From: Acidobacteriota bacterium
Lineage (GTDB): Bacteria; Acidobacteriota; Terriglobia; Bryobacterales; Bryobacteraceae
Reading direction: 5' to 3'
NCBI GenBank assembly: GCA_021787555.1
Contig: JAJYLS010000001.1
Location: 27,967 to 91,966, forward strand
Length of the DNA stretch: 64,000 bases
The notes under the pieces were generated by a model. The model was given only the letters and a program-made list of their open reading frames with translations, was not told where the DNA came from and did not search any database. A program made the position numbers and the translations under genes. The stretch's first letter is position 1, and every line of letters begins with the position of its first letter. Below, piece after piece: positions 19,685 through 28,622 of this stretch.

Positions 19685-21126
19685 AACACGTCTTGTGGGC
19701 CATCGTCCTGCCGGCGCTGGTGGCGCTTGCGGTCCTGCCGCACGGCATCAGCCGCAATCCGTACGACTACGATGAATCCGACTACATGTATGCCGCCCGC
19801 CTGGGCGCATTCGCCAATCATACCGACACGCCCACGCTGCCCCTGGCAGCGTTTCTGCGGATCGGTCTTTCGAGGGGACGCGACAGCCGCGCGCGCTCGG
19901 GTCTTTCCGAGCAGGTCCGCTCCGCCGGCGACGTGGTGCTTTACCGCCACTGGCACGGCCCGCTGTATTACTACTGGCTGATAGCGCTGTCGCGCTGGAA
20001 GGGCGATGAGCATGCCATGCGCGTGTGGATGCTGATGTTGCACGCGCTGACCTTTCTGGCGATTTACTTCGGCTGCCTGTGGGTGCTGCCCGGACAGGCG
20101 GGGCTTTGGACGGCGCGGCTGAGTTCGCTGATCTATCTATTCGACTACACGAATCTCAAAGCGGCGAGCAGCATTTCGCCGCATGCGCTCTTCGTGCTCT
20201 GCTTTGTCGCCAGCCTGCTGGCGGCGGCAAAGACCATCGAGACCGGGAAGCCGCGCTACTGGTACGGGGCGGTGGCGCTGGCCGGGATGGCTTTTTGCAC
20301 GCTGGAAGTGGCGCTGGTGCTGGTGGCCGTCCTGGCGTTGGTTTGCCTGGTGGAACGGCGGAGCGTGTTCGCCGGCTGGGACGCGAAGAATTGGATCCGG
20401 TTTGCCGGCCGCTCGGCGGCGGTGTTTATCGGGGTGGTGCTGCTGACGTGGTCCGGCGCGGTGGTGCGGCTTTCGTTTCTGAAAGCGTACTTTTTCATGG
20501 CGTATCTCGCGGTCTTCCGGCGGGCCCCCTGGGGAGACATAGGATTTATCGAAAGCTGGCGCCTGCGTTTCTCCAGCGCGCCGGTGCAGTGGATCCTGGT
20601 TGCCGGCAGCGTCTTCTTATGGTTCGCACTCCGGCGCAAGGAGAAATTTCCGCGCGCCACGTACCTGTTTCTGCTATACGGCGCGCTGATGCTGCTGGCG
20701 GTGGCGCGGGTGAACAGCGACTCTCTACGCTACATGTCGCCGTATTTCCCGGCGTTCGAACTGTTCGCCGGATTCGTGCTGGCGCGACTGCTGCTACGGT
20801 TTCGCGCTCCGCTGCGCTACACCGCCCTGTGCGCCATCGCTCTTTTGCTCGCTGGATACGTATCTTTGCAATACCGTGAGCATCCGGCGCGCCCCAACAC
20901 GCAGATTATCGCCATGCTCGGCTACGTGCGCGACCACGGGCTTGCGAGCAAGCGCATGCTGGTTCCGCAGCGGCGCTTGCCGGTGCTGCACTATTATTTT
21001 CCCGAGGCCCGGCTGCAAGGGTATGTGGATGAAGTCTCCGCCGCGGAAGCGGCGGCAGGGGGCCAGTTCGACGGCATTCTCGTGCTCGGACGTGAGATTT
21101 GGTACAATGCTTTGGGCAATCCTTGA
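19681..21126 (+). CDS. Membrane protein, ArnT/PMT-like GT-C glycosyltransferase
   Basis: DYDE.DY in the first loop, HGPLYYY and multiple TM helices. Confidence 0.65.
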   Translation: MKHVLWAIVLPALVALAVLPHGISRNPYDYDESDYMYAARLGAFANHTDTPTLPLAAFLRIGLSRGRDSRARSGLSEQVRSAGDVVLYRHWHGPLYYYWLIALSRWKGDEHAMRVWMLMLHALTFLAIYFGCLWVLPGQAGLWTARLSSLIYLFDYTNLKAASSISPHALFVLCFVASLLAAAKTIETGKPRYWYGAVALAGMAFCTLEVALVLVAVLALVCLVERRSVFAGWDAKNWIRFAGRSAAVFIGVVLLTWSGAVVRLSFLKAYFFMAYLAVFRRAPWGDIGFIESWRLRFSSAPVQWILVAGSVFLWFALRRKEKFPRATYLFLLYGALMLLAVARVNSDSLRYMSPYFPAFELFAGFVLARLLLRFRAPLRYTALCAIALLLAGYVSLQYREHPARPNTQIIAMLGYVRDHGLASKRMLVPQRRLPVLHYYFPEARLQGYVDEVSAAEAAAGGQFDGILVLGREIWYNALGNP

Positions 21127-21127
21127 G

Positions 21128-22285
21128 ATGCTCAGCACAGTTCTTGTCGTAGTCAGTTCCTTCCTGCTGTTGTACGTTGTGTTTCTCTATCCTGCGCTTC
21201 TGATGTTGCTGGTGCGGCATCGCTCCCGCCCCATCAGGCGGCGCCTCGATCGGCGCAGCGTTTCGATCGTCATCGCCGTGCACAACGGCGCCGCATTCCT
21301 GGCTGAAAAATTACGGTCGGTCCTGGACGTGGATTATCCGTCCGAGCTGGTCGAGGTCATCGTGGTCTCGGACGGCTCGACAGACGACACGGTGTCCGTT
21401 GCGCGGCGATTCGCTCCCCTGGGAGTGCAATTGATGGAGCTTCCGCGCGGCGGCAAATGCAACGCGCTGAATGCCGGGATTGCGCGGGCGCGGGGCGACA
21501 TTTTGCTGTTGACGGATGTGCGGCAGGTTCTGTGTATAGACAGCCTCAAATACATGGTGGAGTGCTTCGCCGATCCATCGGTGGCGGTGGTGAGCGGCGA
21601 ACTGCTGATTCGCAAGGCAACCAGCGCCGACGAGGCGCAGGTCGGGCTGTACTGGCGTTATGAGACCTGGATTCGCAGCCAGCTTGCGAAGATCGATTCC
21701 ATCTTCGGCGCCACCGGCCCGTTTTACGCCATGCGGCGCGAGTTAGCGGTTTCCATTCCCGGCGATATCCTGCTGGACGACATGTATCTGCCGCTGGCGG
21801 CGTTCTTCCGCGGCTACCGGCTGATCGTGGAACCGCGCGCGCGCGCCTACGATTACCCCACCACGCTGCGGACCGAGTTCCGGCGCAAGGTCCGGACGCT
21901 GGCCGGCAATTTCCAGATCCTGCGCGCGTATCCGGATTTGCTGGGAAGGCGGAACCGGATGTGGTGGCACTTCGTTTCCTATAAGCTGGGCCGCCTGCTG
22001 CTGCCATATTTCCTGATCGCGCTGGCCATCGGGAGCGCGGGCCTGGCGGCGCCGTGGTCGTGGGAGATGCTGGCCGGACAGGCGCTGTTCTATGGTGTGG
22101 CCCTGGCCGATTCCGTGGTTCCGGAAGGCTGGCGCATCAAGCAGATTTCCTCGCCCGTCCGGACGTTTGCCGGCCTGATGGTGGCCACGCTCTGCGCCGT
22201 GGCGGTATTCTTCGTCCCGCCGCGCACGCTGTGGAAAGAAACGCGCATTGCCCCTCAAAGCCGGGGCGCACACAGCGGAATGTGA
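21128..22285 (+). CDS. Glycosyltransferase family 2 (membrane-associated, CESA-like)
   Basis: IAVHNG, DGSTD, GKCNALN, YWRYE, LDD and EFRRKVRT motifs. Confidence 0.9.
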   Translation: MLSTVLVVVSSFLLLYVVFLYPALLMLLVRHRSRPIRRRLDRRSVSIVIAVHNGAAFLAEKLRSVLDVDYPSELVEVIVVSDGSTDDTVSVARRFAPLGVQLMELPRGGKCNALNAGIARARGDILLLTDVRQVLCIDSLKYMVECFADPSVAVVSGELLIRKATSADEAQVGLYWRYETWIRSQLAKIDSIFGATGPFYAMRRELAVSIPGDILLDDMYLPLAAFFRGYRLIVEPRARAYDYPTTLRTEFRRKVRTLAGNFQILRAYPDLLGRRNRMWWHFVSYKLGRLLLPYFLIALAIGSAGLAAPWSWEMLAGQALFYGVALADSVVPEGWRIKQISSPVRTFAGLMVATLCAVAVFFVPPRTLWKETRIAPQSRGAHSGM

Positions 22286-22296
22286 TCCCCCGCGGA

Positions 22297-23772
22297 CTAT
22301 AGCGGGCGATGAAGCGCGGCCGGATCGCCCGTGCCACCGAGCGCTTGCCGGTCGCGCTTGAGGTGCTCGCGCGCCTCCGGGTAATCCGGGAAATAGCGCA
22401 GGGCCTCCGCGAAATGATCCACGGCCGCAGCCAGGTCGCCGTGCCTTTCCAAGGCCAAGGCATAGGCTCCCTGCGCGACGAAGTAATCCGGCTCGATGCG
22501 CACGGCCGCGGCGTGATGCGGGAGGGCCTCGGCGAAGCGCCCGCGGTCGTCCAATGCCGCCGCGAGGTAATGCTCCGCGGCGGCGTTCTGGCCGGTGGCC
22601 GCGATGGCATTACTGAAAACCGTGATGCTGTCGCGCCAGGTTCCGATGTGGCCGAGCGAGGCGGCGCCGCAGGCCGCCAGCATCACGGCGGCGGCGCCGG
22701 CGGCCAACGTCCGGTGCTCGCGGAGCAAGTCGGCGCCGCCCCAGACCGCCATTACCGCCAGGCCGATCAGCGGCAGGTAGGTAAACCGGTCGGCCATGGC
22801 TTGCCGGCCCACCTGCACGATGCCGATGGCCGGTGCGAGGCCGATCACGAACCAGAGCCAGCCGAACAGGAGATAAGGCTGGGGGTTGCGCCGCCGGATG
22901 ACGGCGAAAGTTACGGCCGCCAGCAGCACGAAACAGGCCGCCGGCTGCCACCAGGGAATGGAGATGCGATAGGGATAAAGGATCGCCAGGTGACGCGGCC
23001 AAAACGCCAGCCGGAGATAGCTGACGCAGGAAACCAGCGCGTTGGCCGCCCGATGCGGCAGCGGCACGTGTGCCGCCCAGTTGATGGCCTGCATCCGCGC
23101 GGTGCCGACGTAAGTGATAGCGAGCGACAGCGCAGCCAGGATCGCCAAGGGAAGCTTCTCGCCCCATGCGCGGCGCCGCAGCGGCCAATAATCCAGCAGG
23201 AGGAGCAGCACCGGCGTGGTGATCAACATGGGCTTGGACATCAGGCCGCAGGCGAACGCGGCGAGCACGCAGGCGTAGCGCCGGTTGGAGGGCCGCTGTA
23301 CGAACCACAGGTATGCCGCCAGCATGACCAGGAACCAGAAGGCGCTGAGCACGTCCTTGCGCTCGGCGATCCACACCACCGATTCCAGGCGCAGCGGATG
23401 CAGCGCAAAAATGCCGGCCACCGCCGCGCTACGCCAGAAAGTGCCGGTGAGCCGCCGGAAAATCAGGAACACCAGCACCGAATTGGCCGTGTGGTAAACG
23501 ACGTTGACCAGGTGGTGCCATCCGGGCCGCAGGCCGAAAAGCTGGCAATCCAGCATATGAGAGAGCCAGGTGAGCGGCTGCCAGTAGAAATAGTCGATGG
23601 CGCGGAACGCCCAAATGACACCACCTGCCGTGAAGCCGTGGCGCACCCAGGGGTTTTCATAGACGTACCCGTTGTCATCGAAATTCAGGAAGCCGAAGCG
23701 CACCGCCTGGCCGAAGACCGCCAGGCAGGCGGCCGCCAGGGCAAGGCAAACAAACAAATCGCGCCGCTTCAT
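22297..23772 (-). CDS. TMTC-like GT-C membrane protein with C-terminal TPR repeats
   Basis: NFDD.YV.EN, W.PLTWLS, HPL..ESV.WIAERKD, ADRFTYLP, W.DS.T.F motifs and a TPR tail. Confidence 0.85.
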   Translation of the reverse strand: MKRRDLFVCLALAAACLAVFGQAVRFGFLNFDDNGYVYENPWVRHGFTAGGVIWAFRAIDYFYWQPLTWLSHMLDCQLFGLRPGWHHLVNVVYHTANSVLVFLIFRRLTGTFWRSAAVAGIFALHPLRLESVVWIAERKDVLSAFWFLVMLAAYLWFVQRPSNRRYACVLAAFACGLMSKPMLITTPVLLLLLDYWPLRRRAWGEKLPLAILAALSLAITYVGTARMQAINWAAHVPLPHRAANALVSCVSYLRLAFWPRHLAILYPYRISIPWWQPAACFVLLAAVTFAVIRRRNPQPYLLFGWLWFVIGLAPAIGIVQVGRQAMADRFTYLPLIGLAVMAVWGGADLLREHRTLAAGAAAVMLAACGAASLGHIGTWRDSITVFSNAIAATGQNAAAEHYLAAALDDRGRFAEALPHHAAAVRIEPDYFVAQGAYALALERHGDLAAAVDHFAEALRYFPDYPEAREHLKRDRQALGGTGDPAALHRPL

Positions 23773-23837
23773 CGCACTCCGCAATTATCCACAATCGGCG
23801 GTGGGCAAATCAGCCCTTCTTCGGTTTGCGGCGGATG

Positions 23838-25622
23838 TCATCTAAAGTTATGAGACGGTTCGGAAGTGCGGGTTAATGCAGCCGCAGCCGGATGTGGAGC
23901 CCGCATACGGAGCGCTTGCGGACCTCGCTGTGCGCCGGCTGCGCCCCCGGACCCAAGCCGGCCCGGTTCGCGGCTGCGCAGCATGGGCGCGATATCCTCG
24001 GGTGCTGTCGCCGCCTGCCCTGCTGTCGCCCGCTGCGCGAGCACCCGGTAAATCGTGCAACCCTCTGCCTCATACACCCGCTGCGCCCCCGCATCCCGCG
24101 CCAGGGCCATGCGCGACGCTTCTTCCAGGGCTTCCCCATTGGGCCGTATCTCCCGCCGCCAATCCCGTGGCCCATCCAGGATGTAGTCCAGTCCATGATC
24201 GCGCGCCAGCGCCGGCCGGGAATTCAGAAACTTCGCCACCCCCACCGCATCCCCCCGGTAGTAGTAGTCCATCGGCACGACCGGCCTTAGTCCCTTTCTC
24301 CCCGCATAGAGATAGAGCACCACATCTTCGCTCGCCAGAAACTGGTCTTCAGCCCGCGTGTGCTCTTGGATCCACCGGTACGCCGGATGGTAGGTCGCTG
24401 CCCGCAAGCGCCGGTAGTATACGTCTCCCTGAAGCAAACTTCCCCACGTCGCGATTTCCGGGCACACTAGAATCGCGGTGCAGGCGCACGCAAACCCGAT
24501 CGCCACAGCGCCCCTTCGCTGCCGCAGCGCCTCAAAGATCCGCTCCAATTCGGTCCAGAGTCCCGCCAGAATGACCGGCAGCACCGGCAGGAGAAACCGC
24601 TCGTTTGGCGGATAGTCCCAAAGCAGCAGCATACTCGCATAGGCTAGGGCAAACAGATGGTACGGATTGCTCCCCACGCGCCGGAAATGGCGGATCGTCC
24701 CCACCAGGATGAGCGCCCCCAAGAACCGCTCCGCAAGGCCCGGCGTCTCTCTCCAATTCACCACGACCGCGCCCAGCGCCGCCAGCAGTGTGTCGGCATT
24801 CTTCGCCAGGATATTCCCGTAGCCCGCCATCCGCACTGTGTGCCAGTGGTAGCCGAGGTAATCCGTGTAGTACATTCGCAGGAAGTCGGTCGTATGCGAC
24901 CGAAGAGAGCCTGCCGGGAGATCTCGGTGGGCCCGCATCCACAGACTCCATCCCGCGATCGCCGGCAGCATCCCCGCCAGGAAGAGGCCCGCGTTCCGGA
25001 ACTGCCGCCGCACTGCGTAATACAGTGGCACCGCCGCAGCCAGCGGCAGCGCCGCCGTCTTCGCCAGATAGGCCGCGCCGGCCAGCAAGCCTGCACCCGC
25101 GGCCCGCCATGGCCCGGCAGGCGATTCGCCTATCTTTGGTCGGCCTACTGCCAGCGCCGCCGATGCCGTCCATAGCGCCGCCACCATCACTTCCGGCTCC
25201 GCTCGCTTGGCGTAAGCTGCCGCTGTCCCATTCAACCCCAGCACGCCGCACAGAGCCAGAGCCGCTCGGCCTCCCAGTCCAAGGTCCCGGAACATCCGAT
25301 GAGCCAGCGCCATCCATACCGGAAACCACACCCACGAAAACAGTGTGGCCAACTCCAGATTCGCCGGAAAACGCGGTTCCATCCGCCACACCAGCGCCAG
25401 AAACAACGGCTCCAGCGGCGGATATTTTGTCTGCCATGGTTCACCCGGCATGCTCTCGATCCGGTATCCCCGCCCTTGCGCCAGCGCCTTAGCGGTCACG
25501 TAGTAGATCGAGTCGTCGTGCACCTGCCCGAATTCCGGCATATCCCGCCCGTGCCAGGCAAGGTACGCTGATGGCAGCACAAACAGCGCTCCAATCGCTA
25601 TCATGCCGCGCCAGCGCCTCAC
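23838..25622 (-). CDS. Membrane protein, GT39/PMT-like glycosyltransferase
   Basis: HDDSIYYVTAKALAQG.GY..KYPP motif and many TM helices. Start is uncertain (GTG 25622 or ATG 25604). Confidence 0.65.
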   Translation of the reverse strand: MRRWRGMIAIGALFVLPSAYLAWHGRDMPEFGQVHDDSIYYVTAKALAQGRGYRIESMPGEPWQTKYPPLEPLFLALVWRMEPRFPANLELATLFSWVWFPVWMALAHRMFRDLGLGGRAALALCGVLGLNGTAAAYAKRAEPEVMVAALWTASAALAVGRPKIGESPAGPWRAAGAGLLAGAAYLAKTAALPLAAAVPLYYAVRRQFRNAGLFLAGMLPAIAGWSLWMRAHRDLPAGSLRSHTTDFLRMYYTDYLGYHWHTVRMAGYGNILAKNADTLLAALGAVVVNWRETPGLAERFLGALILVGTIRHFRRVGSNPYHLFALAYASMLLLWDYPPNERFLLPVLPVILAGLWTELERIFEALRQRRGAVAIGFACACTAILVCPEIATWGSLLQGDVYYRRLRAATYHPAYRWIQEHTRAEDQFLASEDVVLYLYAGRKGLRPVVPMDYYYRGDAVGVAKFLNSRPALARDHGLDYILDGPRDWRREIRPNGEALEEASRMALARDAGAQRVYEAEGCTIYRVLAQRATAGQAATAPEDIAPMLRSREPGRLGSGGAAGAQRGPQALRMRAPHPAAAALTRTSEPSHNFR

Positions 25623-25707
25623 TTCCGCAGTTCCTCCATCACGCACCGCATCCCATAGTGCGATGCTATCATGCCGCCCGGTGCGCCCCCGCACCATTTC
25701 CCGCTGC

Positions 25708-25810
25708 TTGACACGTCTCCGCAGGCGCGTCAGACTTTGAAGTTGGCTCCTGTGCACGCCTCCCTTCGGAGCCGCGGGCGTAGCGAGCGGTGTGCGAAGG
25801 AGGCACCGTC
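25708..25810 (+). promoter_or_regulatory. Sigma70 promoter plus a structured 5' leader that sequesters the RBS
   Basis: TTGACA-17-CAGACT. GCCTCCCTTCG (25758) pairs with CGAAGGAGGC (25795-25804), which contains the Shine-Dalgarno sequence. Confidence 0.55.
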
Positions 25811-27136
25811 TTGATTTTGGAACGCGCATTTCGCGCAGTTGGAATTCTGGCGTTCTCTCTGCCAGTATTTGCCCAATACGCCGGCCCGGCTATTCTGTCG
25901 CGCGGCGAAGCCCCGGCGGCGATCGCCGGAGACGAAGTGTCGTTCCGCCCCTATTTCGAACTGGCGGGTGTCTACAATACAGGCCTGCTAGGAATTATTG
26001 TCAACAGTCAGGGCGTGGCGCAATCCGGCGCCGCCTATGGGCTGGAACTCGCCGCCGGGGTTAGCGGGGCGCATAGTTGGCGCCACACTAAAATCGCCCT
26101 GGACTATCAATTCGGAGCAATCCATTACAATCAGGCAAGCTATTACGATGGAATTAATCAATCCCTGCTCCTCGCCGTCACCCACCAGTTCACCCGCCAC
26201 ACGTCACTCACCTTGCGGGAGAATGCCGGGGAATTCTCCGGGTATTACGGTTTTCCGGGAATTACCTCCACGGTGCCGTTCGACCCCACCACCTCTTTTG
26301 TCCCGGCTACCCCCTTCTTCGACAACCGCGTGATTTATGCGGCCACGCAAGCCGATTTCATTCTTCAGAAGACGGCGCGCCTCTCCTTCGACTTGGGCGG
26401 CGAGGGTTTTCTGGCTCGTCTTCGCTCCACGGCGCTATATGGCACAACCGGCGCCGGCGCCCATGCCGACGTGCAATACCGCCTCACGCGCCGCACCACC
26501 GTCGGCGCCGCCTACATGTACGATCACTTCGGTTTTGAGCGCGTTTTCAGCAGCACCGACGTGCATTCCGTTGTGGGAACCTATTCCACGGCCCTGACGC
26601 AGCACCTGGAGTTTTCGGTTTACGGCGGCATGATGCGATACGAGACGAAATTCGTCCAAACCGTGCCGGTGGATCCCTCGATCACAGCGCTGTTCGGCAT
26701 CACTCTAGGGAACGAGGTGACCTACAGCCTTGGCTATTCGCCCACGGTCAACGCCCGGCTCGCGAAAACCTACAAGCAAGGCGTAGCATATATCTCCGGC
26801 GGCCGCATGGTCATACCCGGTAACGGCCTGTTTCTCACATCGACCATGAACATGGGCATGGTAGGGTACACCTATACCGGGCTGCGCCGCTGGAGCATGG
26901 ATGCGAACTTCAGCTACTCGGAGGGCACTTCCCTAGCGGGGCTACTGGGCCAATACTCCGATACGGTCGGGACGATTTCCATCTCGCGCAAGATCAAGAA
27001 AAGCTTCCACGCAATTGCCAGCTTCAGTGCTTCCAAGTACGGCAGCCCGGGGTATAGTTACTACAATCAGGTTTTCTACATGGCCCGTATCGGCATTGGC
27101 TGGACGCCTGGCGACGTTCCGCTGCGCGTCTGGTAG
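25811..27136 (+). CDS. Probable outer-membrane beta-barrel protein (EPS export-associated)
   Basis: Signal peptide (..LPVFA/Q), alternating aromatic beta-strand pattern and C-terminal Trp. AAGGAGG lies 7 nt before TTG 25811. Confidence 0.65.
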   Translation: MILERAFRAVGILAFSLPVFAQYAGPAILSRGEAPAAIAGDEVSFRPYFELAGVYNTGLLGIIVNSQGVAQSGAAYGLELAAGVSGAHSWRHTKIALDYQFGAIHYNQASYYDGINQSLLLAVTHQFTRHTSLTLRENAGEFSGYYGFPGITSTVPFDPTTSFVPATPFFDNRVIYAATQADFILQKTARLSFDLGGEGFLARLRSTALYGTTGAGAHADVQYRLTRRTTVGAAYMYDHFGFERVFSSTDVHSVVGTYSTALTQHLEFSVYGGMMRYETKFVQTVPVDPSITALFGITLGNEVTYSLGYSPTVNARLAKTYKQGVAYISGGRMVIPGNGLFLTSTMNMGMVGYTYTGLRRWSMDANFSYSEGTSLAGLLGQYSDTVGTISISRKIKKSFHAIASFSASKYGSPGYSYYNQVFYMARIGIGWTPGDVPLRVW

Positions 27137-27233
27137 GTTCCGTGGTCCAACTCCGGCGGCGCCCCGGCACCGGTCGCCGCGATAGCGCCAATGAGCGATC
27201 GAACGGCGTGATAGAGTGTTCGGAGGGGCACTT

Positions 27234-27851
27234 GTGTCCACTCAGCCCAAGACACTCCTCACGCCGGAGCAGTACCTCGAGATTGAGCGCGCCGCCGAAT
27301 ACAAGAGTGAATACTTCAATGGCGAGATGTTCCCCATGGGCACGTTCGCCATGGCCGGCGCGGCTGAGAATCACAACCTCGTCGTAGCAAATACGCTGCG
27401 CGACTTGAGCCAACAACTTCGCCACCGGCCTTGCAAAGTGTACCCGAGCGATATGCGTGTCCGTGTAAGCTCCACCGGCTTGTACACGTATCCCGATCTA
27501 ACGGTGGTCTGCGGCAGCGCCGAGTTCCTGGACCGCCGGCGCGACACCCTGCTGAACCCCACCCTCATCGTGGAAGTGCTCTCGCCCTCGACCGAAGCCT
27601 ACGACCGCGGCCGTAAATTCGATCACTACCGTGCTATCGAATCCTTCCGTGAATATCTGCTGCTCCCCTCCGACCGGATCCACGCGGATCTCTTCACGCT
27701 CCAGGAGGGCCGCTGGGTCCTGACCTCGGCCGATCGCCTGGAAGATTCCCTGTCACTGGAATCCATCGGCTGCCGGCTGGCCATGGCCGACCTGTACGAA
27801 AAGGTAGAATTCGAACCCGCGGTTCCGCCGCGGAACGCACAGGTGCCCTAG
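27234..27851 (+). CDS. Uma2/DUF820 family endonuclease-like protein
   Basis: EY.NGE..AMAG...H, YPD..VVC, P.LIVEVLSPST..YDRG.KF..Y motifs. Confidence 0.9.
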   Translation: MSTQPKTLLTPEQYLEIERAAEYKSEYFNGEMFPMGTFAMAGAAENHNLVVANTLRDLSQQLRHRPCKVYPSDMRVRVSSTGLYTYPDLTVVCGSAEFLDRRRDTLLNPTLIVEVLSPSTEAYDRGRKFDHYRAIESFREYLLLPSDRIHADLFTLQEGRWVLTSADRLEDSLSLESIGCRLAMADLYEKVEFEPAVPPRNAQVP

Positions 27852-27947
27852 TATCCGAAACGCAGTGTTCATAAGTATGTAACCATTCCGTTGCGCCCCG
27901 ATTAGTCATGCCGCCGGATTTTCCACTGCGATAAAATTCAATGGAAG

Positions 27948-28157
27948 ATGAAGACGATACGGCATTGCTGGCTGGGTACTCTTGGTGCGTTGGCGCTGCT
28001 TTCGTTCGCCACGGAGCATCCCGCCAAAGCTTATGCCGATCCCGGCACCGGTGCGATGCTGTGGCAGTTGCTCGCTGCCGCCGGGGTGGGCGCCATGTTC
28101 TACGCGCGCAAGGTAACCTCCTGGTTCCGCGCCAGAAAAAGGGATCCCGGCAGGTGA
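27948..28157 (+). CDS. Small membrane peptide (signal peptide + YADPGTG + TM + basic tail), copy 1
   Basis: AKA/YADPGTGAMLWQLLAAAGVGAMFY..RK. A near-identical paralog lies 200 bp downstream, and TAAAAT sits upstream. Confidence 0.8.
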   Translation: MKTIRHCWLGTLGALALLSFATEHPAKAYADPGTGAMLWQLLAAAGVGAMFYARKVTSWFRARKRDPGR

Positions 28158-28359
28158 GTCAGGGGGCCGTCGGGTTTCCTTGCGTAACATCCGGTCCGGC
28201 GCTTGTTTATGGTATGCCCGCACCGCGAGTGCGGATGGCGGTGAACCGGGCAAACCACGCCGTCTCCTCCAGTACTATCACCAAAGGTTATATCGTTCTA
28301 TTCGTACCGAACCTCTTTGACCGTGGTTTCGGTGTGCGCTAAAATTCCTGAGTACGTCG

Positions 28360-28566
28360 ATGAAGACGAAAGCTCGCACGCTCTGTTGGACGATTTCCGC
28401 GTTGTTCCTGTTGTCTTTCGCCACCGAGCGCCCGGCCGCGGCATATGCCGATCCCGGTACGGGCGCGATGCTGTGGCAGTTACTTGCTGCCGCCGCAGTT
28501 GGCGCTATGTTTTACCTTCGGAAGGTCACTGGTTGGTTCCGCAAGAAAAAGGATCCGGAGAAGTGA
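28360..28566 (+). CDS. Small membrane peptide (signal peptide + YADPGTG + TM + basic tail), copy 2
   Basis: AAA/YADPGTGAMLWQLLAAAAVGAMFY..RK, with its own promoter TTGACC-17-TAAAAT (28317-28345). Confidence 0.8.
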   Translation: MKTKARTLCWTISALFLLSFATERPAAAYADPGTGAMLWQLLAAAAVGAMFYLRKVTGWFRKKKDPEK

Positions 28567-28622
28567 TTTTGGGGGCCGCCGGCCTTCCATCCGATGGCAC
28601 AGCCGCGGCTGGCGCCGATCCG

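Noticed and set aside
23785..23793. Perfect DnaA box TTATCCACA (also at 37678-37686)
   Set aside because: These are isolated single copies with no cluster or DUE, and one is inside a CDS. Compatible with chance.
27948..28566. Peptides as classical RiPP precursors or true PEP-CTERM proteins
   Set aside because: No recognisable RiPP maturase, protease or transporter, no VPEP motif and no exosortase in the window. They are kept as a separate, unassigned system.
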